From the NCBI GenBank assembly GCA_004431415.1, contig QPMI01000495.1:124001-188000 (forward strand): DNA of 64,000 nt, read 5' to 3'. This DNA comes from Cyanophora paradoxa CCMP329 (lineage: Eukaryota > Plantae > Glaucophyta). Below the pieces are notes generated by a model. It was not told the origin of the DNA, searched no databases, and saw only the letters and a program-made list of their open reading frames with translations. Shown piece after piece: positions 34,748 through 47,725 of this stretch. A program made the position numbers and the translations under genes. Position 1 is the stretch's first letter; every line of letters starts with the position of its first letter.

Positions 34748-35050
34748 ATTTTGACACGCCGCCCTACCCGGCTGATCCCTCCAAGGGGAATGTTTCCAGC
34801 TTTCAAGTCCGTGCTATTTATACTGCACCTGCTGTGCGGGAACCTGTCACGGTGTAGCTAGTGTCCACGGGAGACGCATTGCTCTCCTTCGATCGCGAGG
34901 GCAACACAGGGCCCAGCTGGCTGGACGCGAGATCGGTGGGCTGGGCCCCCGGTAACGGCGCCTCAGTGTACATCCCACACTTGTAGCCCGCGACCTTGCA
35001 ATTCAGTTCGGTCCACAATGACTCCACACGCTTGAAAGCGGACGGAGTGC

Positions 35051-35720
35051 TCAACGGGCCTTTTTTGCTTCCTCTCGAAGTATTATAAGCTGCGGAAGGA
35101 GAACTCGATTATTATGAAGTTGATATCACGTAAAGTGCGCTTTGATCGACCAAACCTGCTGCCGCTGTTCGTCGGAGAGCGCCTCGAAGTCCTCAGGAGT
35201 CAGGCCGCGAAATGTGTGTGCCTGCTGAAGCGAGTCGCGATACGCCGTCCACGCCGTCATGAACGCCTCGCGCTACGTCGTGACGTAGACTAAATCAGTG
35301 GAAGGGGAATGTGGTCCAGCAGCATGCACTCGGTAGTTTACCAGATTTTAATAATTTTGTTCCAAAAATTGTTCTATCACGATCAAAGAAAGGCTCTCAT
35401 GGGTCGGGTCGGCTCACGTGCGCGGGCTTCGCAGATTTGTGAAGGCGGAACTCGGTGCGAGCGTACGCATCCTGCGGGTGTGTAAAGCATAAGTACCGCG
35501 GCGAGGCAGCGATGACGTGCTGCAAACGCTGCATGCCGCCCACGGCAGCGTAGAGGCCAGCCCCGCGGCGCTGCCCCTCACAGCGGAGCAAGCCGACCCG
35601 GCATGAAGCGCAGCGCACCCCGAGCGAGCGCATCGTGGCCGGCAGGGTCCGGTGTGCCTTAAGGACCTGACGATAGAGGCTTAAAAAGCTGCGCGCCTCA
35701 GCCGAGAGCTGCGCCGCCAT
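35051..35720 (-). CDS. SDHAF3: Succinate dehydrogenase assembly factor 3 (LYR family); 4 exons
   Basis: LSLYRQVLKAHRTLPATMRSLG|DAYARTEFRLHKSA...FMTAWTAY...LSDEQRQQ|LIILREEA. Confidence 0.88.
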
Positions 35721-35834
35721 ATGCATCGTTGCGCCGCCTGCGAGGCTGCGTATGTTGCGCCAATGTGCCTTTGTGTCTGGACAATTTGCCATTGTACCAG
35801 TCGGAGGGGGTACAGTAAGAGCGCGATTCTGCCC

Positions 35835-37618
35835 ATGGCGTTCATCGTGCCTGTGCCCGGATGCGGCAGGGTCGAGCTGACTGCAGCACCATTAACAGAG
35901 CCGTGCTGCGCTCCACGAACGCTCGCGCCAGTCCTCTCCCGCCGTCCCCGGCAGCGCCCGGCGCGCCCGGCGCGCCCGGCCGTGAGCTTCAGCGCCTCGT
36001 TCAGCCCCTGCCGGAGCTTCTGCGTCCACGTGACCCAATCGGAGTTGGACGACGTCGACAGTGGCGAAGAGGTGATCATCGACGTCGCGTTCCCGGCCTC
36101 GCACACGTTCGATGAAGACACTTCCTCTGGAAGCGGCGGCGGCGGCGGCAGCGGGCCTCGAAGCAAGGCCGTGGCTCTGGGGCCCGAGGACGAGGAGCCG
36201 GAGACGGGGGACGCTGCGGAATCCTCAGATAGGGCGCCTGACACTGCTGTAGGGCGCATCATTGCTGGTGTGTAGTCTTGCGCGCTCTTCATGCGCCGTC
36301 TCGACCCGCCAGCAGAGTACAACCGGTTGCTCGAGGTGTATCCGCTGCTGACAAAAAGCGTGACGAGCGCGGTGCGCCCCTTGCATTGCAATCGAGCGCA
36401 CCGGCGTAGCTGACGTGGATTCGTAGCTGTTCTGCGGTCTCGCAGACGTCCTCTCCCAGCTCATCGCGCGGCGGCAACTGCAAGAAGGGCAGCTCCCTGA
36501 GCGGCTGAAATTCGACAGAGTCGCCCGCATGGCGATTGTAGGGCTGATCCTCAACGGACCCACAATCCATGCGTGGTGCGCCGGCGTCCTAGCCGATCTC
36601 CCGCGGGGCCGCTAGCCCGCCCGCAGCCGATTTGACTGCCGCTTTCGCCCGCCCTGCGCCGCTTAGGTACAACCTCTTTCTCGGTGCGCCGCTCGCGAAG
36701 CTTTTGCTTATCGCCTTCGGCTGACGGAACGCGCGCCGTGTTCGCTCCCGCAGACCGCGTGGTCCCCGGAAAGTCCACACGCGACGTGATCATCAAGCTG
36801 ATTCTGGACGAAACAATCTTTGCCCCTCTGAGGTCAGTCCGCGGGCGCTCCGCCTCTGGGAGGGAGAGCCAGCATGCGCGCTTGTTCCTGTCCCGTCCCG
36901 TCCTGAGCCCACCGCGCAGTGTTGTCGCATTCTTTGTCCTCATGAGCGTCTTGGAGGGGAGGGACAATGCGGTGCGTTTTGCGGCCCGCTGTGCTGCGCC
37001 GTGGTGCCGCGGTTGGCCAGCTCGCGCGATTGATCGAACCGTCACGTCACAGTACATGCGGGACCGCGTCAAGCAGGAGTTCTGGCCCACGTACTTCGCC
37101 GGTTCGAGCGTCGAATCTCCGTTTCCGCACAACCTCGTGATTGTGGCGCAGACATGTCGATCTGGCCCATGGCGCAGGCGATCAATTTCAAATGGGTCCC
37201 CCGCCTCTACTGCGCGCTGTACATGAACGTGCGCGCTTTCCTGCTTCGTCGACATTTCTCTAGAATTTTATTCGATCTTCGTATTCCTCGATATATTAAA
37301 TCCGCACGACGTATCTCAACGCCGGGCTAATTGAAAGTGATTCAAGAGAGCCACTACTGCGCTCTCGCTGCCGCATCCGTCCGCCCGCCACCACTGACTA
37401 CGGTTGGACGCGTCGCGTCGTGTCTTGCAGGTCGTTAGCGTCGGGTGGGCCGTGTTCCTGGCTGGCCAGGCGCAGAAGCAGGTGCGAAAGAGTCGGCCAC
37501 TGATGCATCTTCTTCGAATTTGTCATCACCTTCGGCGCCGCGCTTCGATTGAGCTGATTTCGGCATGCAGGTCGTTAGGACCGACGCACCTGCACTGGTG
37601 TCCGGCAAATCCTCCTAG
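35835..37618 (+). CDS. Mpv17/PMP22 family membrane protein with plastid-type transit peptide; multi-exon
   Basis: MAFIVP...; YNRLLEVYPLLTKSVTSA; DVLSQ; FDRVARMAIVGLILNGPTIHAWY; KLILDETIFAP; IWPMAQAINFKWVP. Confidence 0.9.
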
Positions 37619-38772
37619 CCACGACTCTCCCCCCCCTGTCCCTCCAACTCCGGAGGCGGCGTCCGACGCTGGCCCTGCCAGGCTGTCGCCCCTCTCCGTA
37701 ACTTTCATCCCCCTTCCCCCCCCCCCCTCGACCCCCACCCGCCCCGTGCGAGTTCCTTCGTTCGCAGATCTCAGTTAACGTTTCATTGGCAGAGATCGTC
37801 AGATGTAGTAGCTGTTATGCAGTTGATTTTAGCTCAGAGATACGAGAACTTCGTGTCCTGCGGTATTCTCGAGCTCGCACAGCACGCGTTTTCATTTCAA
37901 ATTCGATCGTGTATGTCTCGCGATTTTGATTTTCAATCCTTACAGTATGCCAGATATCGATCCTGCGGGACCGCCCAGATCTAGATCTCCAAGTCGCGAA
38001 CGCCCGGCACGGGGGCCCGGTCGATTCGACGTACCGTATTAAATATTAGTAGTGCACGCACGCATCGGCCGTCAGACATCATGATCAAAAACGGCGGGGC
38101 CCGCCCGGCCCCTGGGCGCCAGGCCGCCGGGCCGGTAACCCACTGGGCCACTGAGCTCGAGGGGCCCGGGGCCAGTTGGGTTCAACGGTTGTCCGACGGT
38201 CGCAGAGCTTTGGAGCCTCAGGGCCTCGAGCTCGGAGCTAGCCGCTGAGCCGCTGAGCCGCGGAGCGCTCGAGCTCTCAGGCTCTGGGTCCGACGGGCCT
38301 CAGGGCCTACTAGTATGCCATGATGGTACTATGATATCGATATCGATCATCAGTGAGACTCAGTCACTGAGTGACTCTGAGAGTCAAATCCGACTCGGCG
38401 ATGATCCTCATGCACGAATCATTGAATTCAAAAAGTAACACCGTATACGAAGTAGTACAGAGCTCGAGTAAACTTGAAACATGTCGCTTATCGGTGAAAG
38501 ATAGCGATCGATTGATCGCATACTCAGTGACTACAAGGCTGCCAAAGCAGCTAATCTACATCTACCTTGACTAACATATTTATTATAGAGTGAAATTCGA
38601 AATGCGGAAAGACAATATCGTCTGGACTGCAGGATATACAGGTAAAGCACAACGAAACGAAATTCGAAGCTTAAGGCTTCCTGTCCCGCGACTAGCCTAC
38701 ATAGCTAGGGGCCTGGAGAAATCTAGCTGTAAATAGAAAGAAGAGCAGACCTAGCACAGCCACATGCGAATC

Positions 38773-41700
38773 TCAGCGTGGGGTGGGGCTGGGGCTCAGC
38801 GAAGCCGCCACCAGAGAGGAGGCCCGCGAGGCGGGGCTCTTTACAGTCGGCTCGTCGCTCAGTCGGCGAGCCGGGGGCGGCGCGCCCGCAGGGGTAGGGG
38901 GTTTCGCGGGCGGGGGCAGCCCCAGCTCAGGGGGCGACAGCGCCGGGGGCGCGGGTGGGGGCGGAGGCGGCGCCGTAGCCGGCGTGGCCGTGGCACCCTG
39001 CGGTGCGGCATTCGTGCCCTCGCCGGCGGCCTTTGAGGTGGGGACCGAGGTCAGGGAATTCTTCCGCCCATCTCTAAGCTTCCAGTGGGCGAGGTTGGCG
39101 CGGGCGTGCGCGATGAGGGGGCGGGCGGCGGCGAAGCGCGAGGCCCACGCCTCGAGCAGCGGCAGCGCCAGGAACGAGAGGAAGCCCGCCTGGCGGAGGG
39201 CGAGGTCACACGGCCGGCGCGCGGAGGGGGGGGCCGCCTCTGCGGCGCACCGTCGCGGCCGACGGGAGCGTCGTGGCGCGGTCGCAGTAGGGGGAGATGG
39301 GCAGGCCCAGGCGCCGCTCCTCGTCCCCCTGCCGCCCCCAAGTCGGCCAGGGAGGGGGCGGGGCGGGGGGTACGCGGACCTGCAGGAAGAACTCTTCGCT
39401 GACGCGGCTCGTCCACTCGACGTGCTGCGGCGAGGGCGTAAGGGTGGAGCGGGGGTACAGACAATAAAAGTCCAGGGAAGGGGGCGGGGGGGGGCACCTG
39501 GTACTTGGGCCGCCCCGCGTTGGAGATGTCGGCGACCTGGGCGCTGGGGGCGTCAGCGGCGGCTCGGGATGCGGCGTTCGGGACGGGGGCGCCTTGAGGC
39601 AGAGGGCGATGAAGAGGCCGCGGTCCGCCGCCGTCAGCGGCGCGAACTGCGCCGCCCCGCTGCCCCTGCGAGGCGCGAGGCGTTCAGATCTCGAACCCGG
39701 TGCGCAGAGAGGACGGTCTGGTGCGAGTCCGGAGCGGTGCCGGCGGCGGGAGTTTGCGCGGTGTGCGCTTGGAAGCGGCGTGCGCTTGGGAGCAGAGCAG
39801 CGGTATGCGGCGGCTCACCTGCGGCTCGTTTCGCCGTCACCGGCGCTGCCGGTGGAGCTCTGTCCCCCTGGGCTGTCGGCGCCCCCGGCAAGTCAGCTCA
39901 GGCGAGAACGCGAGTCCGGCTCTGGTTGGGTCCCTGGTGCGCCCGGGGGGCGGCGGGCACCTGTCTGGGGGCGTCTGGAGGGTGGAGGCGACGACGCGCG
40001 CCTTGAACTCGGCCACCTTCTCAAAGTGCCTGCCCCGCGCCCCTCGGGACCCGGCCGCGCGGGGGCGCCGGGGCCCGCGGGGGGGGGGGGGGGGGGGGGG
40101 GGGCGGACCTGGCCATGTCCGTGGCGAGGACGGCCCCGACGATGATGCGCCGGAACTCGGCCCGCTGCAGCCGCCCCGCTCGCTCGGCCGCGGGGTGGGG
40201 GTGCGGGGACGCGGGCACCTGGTCCTTGGGGAGGTGGGAGACGAAGTCGGTGGCGGGGCTGCGCAGCGCCGCGAACGAGAGCGCCAGGCTGTGGTTCTCC
40301 AGCATGCTGCGCCCCGCCCCGCGTCACGCGCGCCAGAGCCCGCCGCCGGGGAGGGGTCCGCCCAGCCGGCCGCGCCTCTGGTCGTTGTAGAGCATCGCCA
40401 GCTCCGATTGCGTCGCGATCTCGAAGCCGCTGCCGCGCCGGTCAGGACCCGCTGGAGCGACAGGGGTACACGCGCACTTGTTGCGGCCCTCGTGGTTGAC
40501 ATCGTGGATGACGGCCGCCGTCTTCGGGTGCCGAACGGTCTCAGACTGGGTACAGTGCTGGAGACGGGAGGGGTACGCACCAGGGCGGCGAGCGCGTCGA
40601 GTGGGCGCAGGTGCGCCCGCAGGCCGCCGGCGTGCAGGAGCCACGACATCGCCTGGGCGCGGGGCGTCAGCGGATGGGGTACAGGGACCGCGGACACGGG
40701 AGAGGGTAGACCTGCACGACATCCGCCGCGTGGGTCGAGGAGTGGTCTGGCGTGGGAGGTGGCGAGGGGGGCGGTGTCAGGGTAGGCGCCGGTCCTTCGG
40801 GGTACGAGGACAAAGGCTCACAGGGGACATTCTTGTACCCGCCCTCGACGGAGGCGACGAACGCGCGGAACTTCTTGACGTCGACGGCGTTCGCCTGCAG
40901 GATGGACGTTCTCCTCCCCACCTCAGTCCTGGGTACGAGCACCGCATCAGCCGGGCGGGCCGGAAGCTGGAGAGGGGGGTACGCACGCGAGGAACTCGAG
41001 GGGCCTGCCCCCGGCGTGCCTCTCGAGCGTGAACGCGTCTGCGGGGGTACGGCGGTCGGGGCGCGCCAGGCGGTCTCGGGCCGACGGGCCGCGGCGCACC
41101 GAAGTCGTCCCACGCGTCGGAGACGGCGGCCTCGGCCACCTGCGGCGCAGGTTTCGGAGCTGCTCCTCCAAAGCATCTCGAATGGCGGAGGGAGCGCACG
41201 CTGGAAAGGTCGGCGGAGAAGACGACGTCGCCGAAGGAGCCGGGGCGGGGGAAGGGCGAGGCGGGGGATGCGCGCGGGGGCGTGGGCGAGGGGCGCAGGA
41301 ACGCGTTGCCCGCCACCGGCGCAGCAGCCGGCGCCGGAACCGGACTCCCGGTCGCAAACTGGGGGCGGCGTGAGGCGCGCAGAGGCTCGGCCTCGTTGTT
41401 GTCGCTTCTTCTAAGAAGACGCGAGGCGAGGAGAGTACTATCGATCGAGAGCTGAGCTTCGACCGCTGGAGACGCGATCCCGGGCCGCACCTTATTCCCG
41501 GAGCTGGTGCTCGCGTCCTGGCCCTGCCCCGTGAAGGCCGAGGTCCAGGCTGCGCGGGCCGGCGCTCAGGCGGGAGGCGCCGTGGCGGGGCGGGGCGGGG
41601 CGGGCGGGGCGGGCCCTTGAACTCCTGCAGCGCCTCCACTTCGTCGGCGTCCGATGAGCGCGCCGCCGGCGGGCCCGCCTCCACCAGCGCCTGCGCGGAG

Positions 41701-43667
41701 CCGCCCGCCTCGCTCGCGCTGCGCGGCGGCGCGGCGCGGGCGGGGCGGCGGAGGCCGCACGGTGCCGTTGCGGGCGCCGGCAAGGATGCAGCGGACGGCG
41801 GCGCTGACGACCTCGGCGTGCCGCGTGCTCGCCTGCGTCCCCTCTGCCGCCCCGCCGGGTCAGGCCGGGCGCGAGCGCGGGGCCGGGCGGGCGGGGCGGG
41901 GCGGGCGGGCGCGCCCTCGACGAGCTTCTCGAAGAGGTCGCCGAGGATGTTCACCGCGAACGCCGACGGCGACGTCAGGTCCAGCGAAGAAGTCAAGGAC
42001 CTGCGGCCGGCGGCCCTCCGTGAGCAAGGCGCCGAGGCGCAGAGGCGAGCCCCTCTTCCCCTTCCCCGCGTTCGCGGCCGACTTCGGCGCGGCAGCGGAC
42101 GGGGCGGACCGGAACGCCTGCAGCTCGCTGACGAGGTGCGCCGACTTGGCCTTCAGAATCTCCGACCCCAGCTTGTCCTCCCGCTTCAGCAGGAAGGCCT
42201 GCCGTGCCGTCAGAGGGGCGCGGAGGAGGGGGCGGACGGGAGCGGAAGGGGGGCGCGCCCTGCGGGCGGCGTGCTCGTTGCGGAGGGCGGCGGAGGTGCC
42301 GAAGAGGACGGAGGCGATACAGACGGGGAGGGAGAGGGCGGCATCCCAGCCGGCGTTGCCCCCGTGGTACGAGAAGTCTACGAGGAACGCTGCGCCACGC
42401 GGACGGGCGCGCGTCAGACGGTGGCGCCAGACAGGCGGTGGGCGGCGGGCGGGGCGGGGGCGGGGGCGGGGGCACCGACGGCGAGGGCGGCGCCACAGCC
42501 GTTGACGAGGAGGGCTTGGGCGTAGGAGAGCCCAAGGAACAGGGGCGAGACAAAGGACATCGAGCAGACGCGCGTGAACAGGAACGCTGTCGTGTCCGTC
42601 GTCTGCGGCGCGGCGTGAGAAGAGCGTGCTTCGGTTAGAAGAGAGAGTGCTTAATTCTTTATACGAATTTCTGAAAGGAAGTGTGGACGACGTGGATTAA
42701 GGAAAATAGCGTAGCTAAGCGTGGATCGGTTCGGTTTTGTTTGGGCTTTTTCTAGCTAAATGGCGGGAGTGACGCGAGGAATCGACGTACCCGGGCTGCG
42801 TAGTACATGCTTGCGTACATCGCGACGTTGACGCAGCTGACCCCGAGTTGTACCCGGCTGCGTGAGCGCACGTCAGATGTGATCGCGTGAGGGTCGAATC
42901 AGATCAGAGCGCGTGCCTTCGGGAGAGAATGCGGCGGTGGTCGAGCCACGCCAATGTTACGGAGCCAACGGGTCCGACAGCGATCGAACCCACGATGGCC
43001 GCCAGGTGCTGCGACGGACTCCCGCCGCCCACGGCGCCGAACACGAGTCCCTTGTAGTACCCCAGCACAAAGAGCGCCGCTGGGGGCGGGATGTGAGCAG
43101 GGGGTACGCGGCGGGAGGATCGGAGCAGCGGGTACCGGTAATGAGGAAGTGTGTGATCCCGAACGTGACGGCGAAGCGCGCCCCGGAGAGCTTTCCGCCG
43201 ATCCACTCCTCCTGGAACTCGTGCTCGATGGCGGGGTCGGGGAAGCTGCGGGGGACGAAGCTCGGCTTCTCCCACGACGCGAACGTCTCCGAGAACCACG
43301 AGGCGAGCGCCTGCTTCCGCCCCAGCGAGTTCGAGCTCGGCCCCCGCTGCGCCCGCCGCGCCCGCCGGGGCGGCCCTGGGCCCGGCGCCGGCGCTCCCGC
43401 CGCGGGGCCGAAATGGCCCCGCGCCCCGCCGTCGCCGTATGTGCCTTCCGCGGCCTTCTGTGTCGCTTCGAAGGAGGTGTGCGGCGGGAGGCGGGACGGC
43501 GGCGGGGGCGAGAAGCGGGAGGTGAGGGAGCGGACTTCGATGCGGGAGGGGACGCGCGGCGCCGCAGCCTCCGAGGTGCCGTCCTCGTCTTTGGACGAAA
43601 GAGTCCCCGAGCCCGGCGCCGGCGCTACGTGCACGCGCGGCGCCCGGAAGATCCCCGAGCCGCTCAT
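38773..43667 (-). CDS. Class I 3',5'-cyclic nucleotide phosphodiesterase with N-terminal TM helices (paralog A); multi-exon
   Basis: HSSTHAADVVQ; AAVIHDVNHEGRN; ELAMLYNDQ.MLENHS; VLATDMARHF; KVADISN; EEFFLQ; GFLSFLALPLLEAW; hydrophobic exons upstream. Confidence 0.88.
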
Positions 43668-44429
43668 CGCACCCCACCGCTGCCGGCGGAGCTGCCGCGC
43701 TGGATCCCGGCAGACGGCGCTGCGGCGTCTGCCGAAGGCACCAGCTCACGCCAACAACTGCGCACGTCGTCAATGGGGCAGTGCTGCGCGTTCTGCGCGC
43801 CTGTCCCGCGCAGCAGCGCGAGCACGCACCCCGGCCGTGGATCGCCGGCGATCCCGGAGAGCTGGGGAATCCCGCGTCTACGGATGTCACCGCAGCTGGC
43901 GCGGCTGCCCGCCCATCGCGCCCCTCGCGCTGAGGTTGGCGCGCCCCTCGCGCCGAGCTAGGCTACCGACACCGGCGCGATTGGGGCGTTACACCGCCGT
44001 TGCAATTGCGCTTTTTAGCTTGAAACAAATGCCCCAGCTGCTCCCCGCTGCGATTCACGGGAGGAAATGGTCCGCCCCGCAACCTTCGCTGGGGTGCTGC
44101 GGGTGCCTGTAACTAACAGTACTAGTGCTGACTTACTGCAGAGCGGGTGACTAATATCGATCGATCGGCCCGCGCCGCGCGCGCGAGAAGCAGTGTTCAG
44201 CACTTTGAGCGGAGCGGATCGGATGCTTCGGAGCGCGAGCTGGAACTTCGCCTGATAGGCTGCAGGCTACAGTAGCGCAGCTGCGTCCCTGAAATCCAAG
44301 TCTTTAGGACTTCTCTTAGTCGGCGTCGGATCAGGCCCCAGGAAAGGGGGGGGGCGCCAGGAATGGGGTACAACACAAACGCAGCCGTCGCGGACTGAAG
44401 ACAGCCGGGCGGAAGACGTCGACAGCAGG

Positions 44430-47093
44430 ATGCTGTCGCGGGACAGGCGGTGGGGAGTCGTGCTCGGTAACCCGTACCTCACGTTTGGGATCGAGCCGGA
44501 AGCATCCGTCGCCGAGCTCGAATCAGCTTACGCTGCCCACGTGGAGCTCCTCCGGGACGGAGCCGACCTCAAGGTTCGTTCGGGCTCCCAGCGCTGGCAG
44601 CGCTAGTTGGCCAATCCGCGAGTTTCGCAGCGGGCACTCCTCGGGCTCCTCGCGCAAGACCACATCGCGGAGCTCCGCGCTCGCGAGATTCGCCACTCTG
44701 AGATCTGTGAGTTTCGAGTTCGCGCTGCGGGCCCGCGGGTGGTGCTTTCGCATGTGATCGGTTGCGCAGTATACGAGGCGGCACGCTGCCCCGCGGTCCG
44801 TGACAAGTTTCGCGCAAAAAACTGGCGGGATCTCGTACTCGTCTCGTCACTCGGCGGCATCGCAATCGCGCCGCGCTCGGCGCCGTGCACTGAGTGCGGC
44901 GAGGATCGGGCCAGCAAGAGCCCGCTGCATGCGTTCCGCGATCCCGCGATCTTCCAACGCTGCGGCTACTCCGACGAGATCGTCATCACCAGCGAGCGGC
45001 TGGACGATGCAACCGTGAGCCGCCTCCTCTCGCCCAAGGACCAGCCCGGGGCCCGCGAAAGCTCGCGGCCGTCCGCCGGCCCCTCCTCCGCGAAGCAGGA
45101 GGCGGCCATCGAAGCGGAGGAGGACCCGCGGGGCCGGCTGCGACACGCGACCGAGTCCGGCAAGCCCGCCGGCGCCGGCGCCTCTCCGGCGAAGGTGGGG
45201 CGCCCGAGCTCTGCGGGGGACTCCCCCGCGGCTAAGAAGAAGAAGAAGGCGAGCAAGCAGCTGCAGGGGCGGCCGCCGGCGCCGGCGGCCGCCGCGAAGG
45301 CGAAGCTGTCCGCCGCGGCCGCGGCGAAGCAGGACAAGAAGGCGGCGGCGGGGAAGAAGGGGGCCAAGGCGGCTGGCGCGCCGGCGGCGTCCAAGCGGGG
45401 GGCGCAGCGGCAGGCCTCCCCCGGGCCGCCGAGCGTGGACGGGGTCGCCCCGCTGGTGACCCTCGAGCTCGCGGGCGAGCTGCCGCCCGTCGACGGCCCC
45501 GCGGGGGAGCCCGAACCCGCGCTCGCCGCGGCGGAAGCAGTGACGGTGATGCCGCCGCCGCCGCCGCCGCCGCTGGAGGCTTTCGAGTCCGGTGCGGGCC
45601 GCCGGCAGTCCGAACCCGCCCCGGAGTTGGAGGTGGAGCACCCGGACTCGCCGGCGGGCTCCGACGTCGAGACGCCGATGCCCGTCAGCGGGGGCCCCGC
45701 GCGCCGCGGGCGGCCCAAGATGTTCGCGCCGAAGCCGCCGGGAGCGGTCCCCCCGCCCAACATCCTGGAGCGCTCGCGCCCCATGCGGGCGCAGCTGCAG
45801 GCGTGGGGCGCGGCGGCCCCCGCCAGGGCGGACGTCTACGAGCTGCGCCGGCTGGTGCGCGAGGAGGCGGAGCGCCGGGGGATTGACATGTCGGACTGGT
45901 GCGTCGGCGGCCGCCGGCCGCTCCTGAAGCTCGCTCCATTCGACGCGCGCCGGCAGGTGGAAGCCGCCCCGTGCCCCGTCGAGGGACTTCCGCGCGCCGG
46001 CAGAGCCGAGCGTCGGGGCCGGCCCGAGCGGGTCCGCGGGGGATGCCGACCCTGCCCAGCCCGCTCCCAAGCGATCCCGGCGGTCCGCCCCGCGCTCTCT
46101 TGCCCCCTCGCTCCCTGAGACTTCTCGGCCCGGACCGACGGGCGCGCCTGCGGCGCGGGGCAGGTCCGACGAGCAGCAGCCGCTCGACTCGGAGGCGGGG
46201 GCGGCGGCCGTGTCGGAGGGGGAGCCTGCGGGGGCGGCGGGGGCGGCGGGGGCCGGGGAGGCGGCCGGCGGCAAGCGGCGGCGGAAGGAGCCCGTGCCGG
46301 CGGACCCCGGGCTGGTGCCCGAGGCCTCCGAGGCGATGATGAAAGCGTGCGCGCGCGCCCGCCTGCGGGAGACCAGCGGAGGCCGGGCGGGGCGGGGCGC
46401 AGCGAGCGCTCGCCCAGCGGCCCCGCCCCAATCCGCCTCGGCGCAGGCAAAAGTCCTTTCGAAAGGCGACCTTCTTCGGGCGGTGCGGGGACCCTCAAGG
46501 GCGAATTCGAAGGGCCAAGCTTTGGAGCTGACGCCCGCCCGCAGGCGGGCGCGGGAGTACTGGATCTGGCTTATCCGCCGCTTCCCCCCCGCCCTCGCGA
46601 AGGCGCCCCGACTCCATCCCCGCGTACCGGTTCATCGCGATGTTAAAGGGCCCCGCAGGAGATCGAACCCGCGTACGACCCGGAGACTGCGCCGAATGTG
46701 GAGCCGGACTACGCAACTTGGACTGCCTTCCGGCTGACTGCCTTCGTGGTTCTGACGGCCCGCCGCCGCGGCTGGACCGTGGACGTGTGCGTACCCCTCG
46801 CGATGGAGGGGGAGTTGGGGGGGGGGAGGAGGAGGAGGGGGCAACGCTTGAGCTCACGGGGGTACAGGGACAACCAGGAGCGCGCCTTCCGGTGGCAGCG
46901 CTACACTGACAAGCAGCTGGAGGCTGCCATGTGCGTGCCTTCCCCCGCCCCCTCCCCCCCCCCCCTTCATCTCTTACATCAGCCCACCTGTACCCCCCGC
47001 CGCGTTCGCTTACTCCCCAGCAGTGCGGGGCAGTCGTTAGAAGCCGTGGAGAGTCTGCCGTTCGGCGGATCCGAGCCGCCGGCGCAGGCGTAG
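44430..47093 (+). CDS. Hypothetical protein; N-terminus resembles J-domain helix I/II, long Pro/Ala/Lys-rich middle; model uncertain
   Basis: NPYLTFGIEPEASVAELESAY; long open GC-rich frames 44607-46118 with intron-like gaps; no HPD motif seen. Confidence 0.45.
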
Positions 47094-47725
47094 GGTGGAC
47101 GGCCCCTCCCAGTCCATGCTGTCCAGGCTTCCCCCTTTTTGCCCCCTTTCCCTGCCTTGGCTCCGCCGACGTCGTTCTGTCTCCTTCTCACCCAACGCAC
47201 ACCGTCTCGGCCTGTCGAGATCCTTCCCAGCCCATCCCCGCCCCCTCGCTGCCCGGATAAGACATACTCCTCCAAGCCCAAACCAAACCCTCACACCCAT
47301 CGATCATCAGCGCTGGCACTCTTTTTTGTCTACATCCCATGATCTAGACTCTGAGATCTCGACATGTACAAGTTTGTCAGAGAGCAATCTAGATCTCCCC
47401 GTCCATGTGCAACTTGAACTTGCGCATGGATCCGGAGACCAGCAGATTTGGGGCCCGGGGCCGGGCGCGCCGCCGCCCCAGAACCAGAACCTGGGGAGCA
47501 TATACTCAGTGACTTGTACGTACAATACTGCGCATGCATGCGAACTTCCAATAATTCTGCAATAAAACTCGCACTTAAAGCTACAAGTACACTTGCAAAC
47601 TGCATATCTTATCTGCCGAATAGAGTGATGCGGCTCTTGCGTACAGAAGAATCGTGTGTGCATCCGCCGGTGCCCCGGACACGAGCGGACCGGTGGAGCG
47701 CAGGCGGTCGATCGACGTCTTCGCC

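Noticed and set aside
44430-44575. DnaJ co-chaperone call
   Set aside because: Only the first helices resemble a J-domain and no HPD motif was found.
38783-47000. Many long overlapping Arg/Pro/Gly-rich ORFs
   Set aside because: These are expected from extreme GC content and are shadows of the PDE and hypothetical genes.
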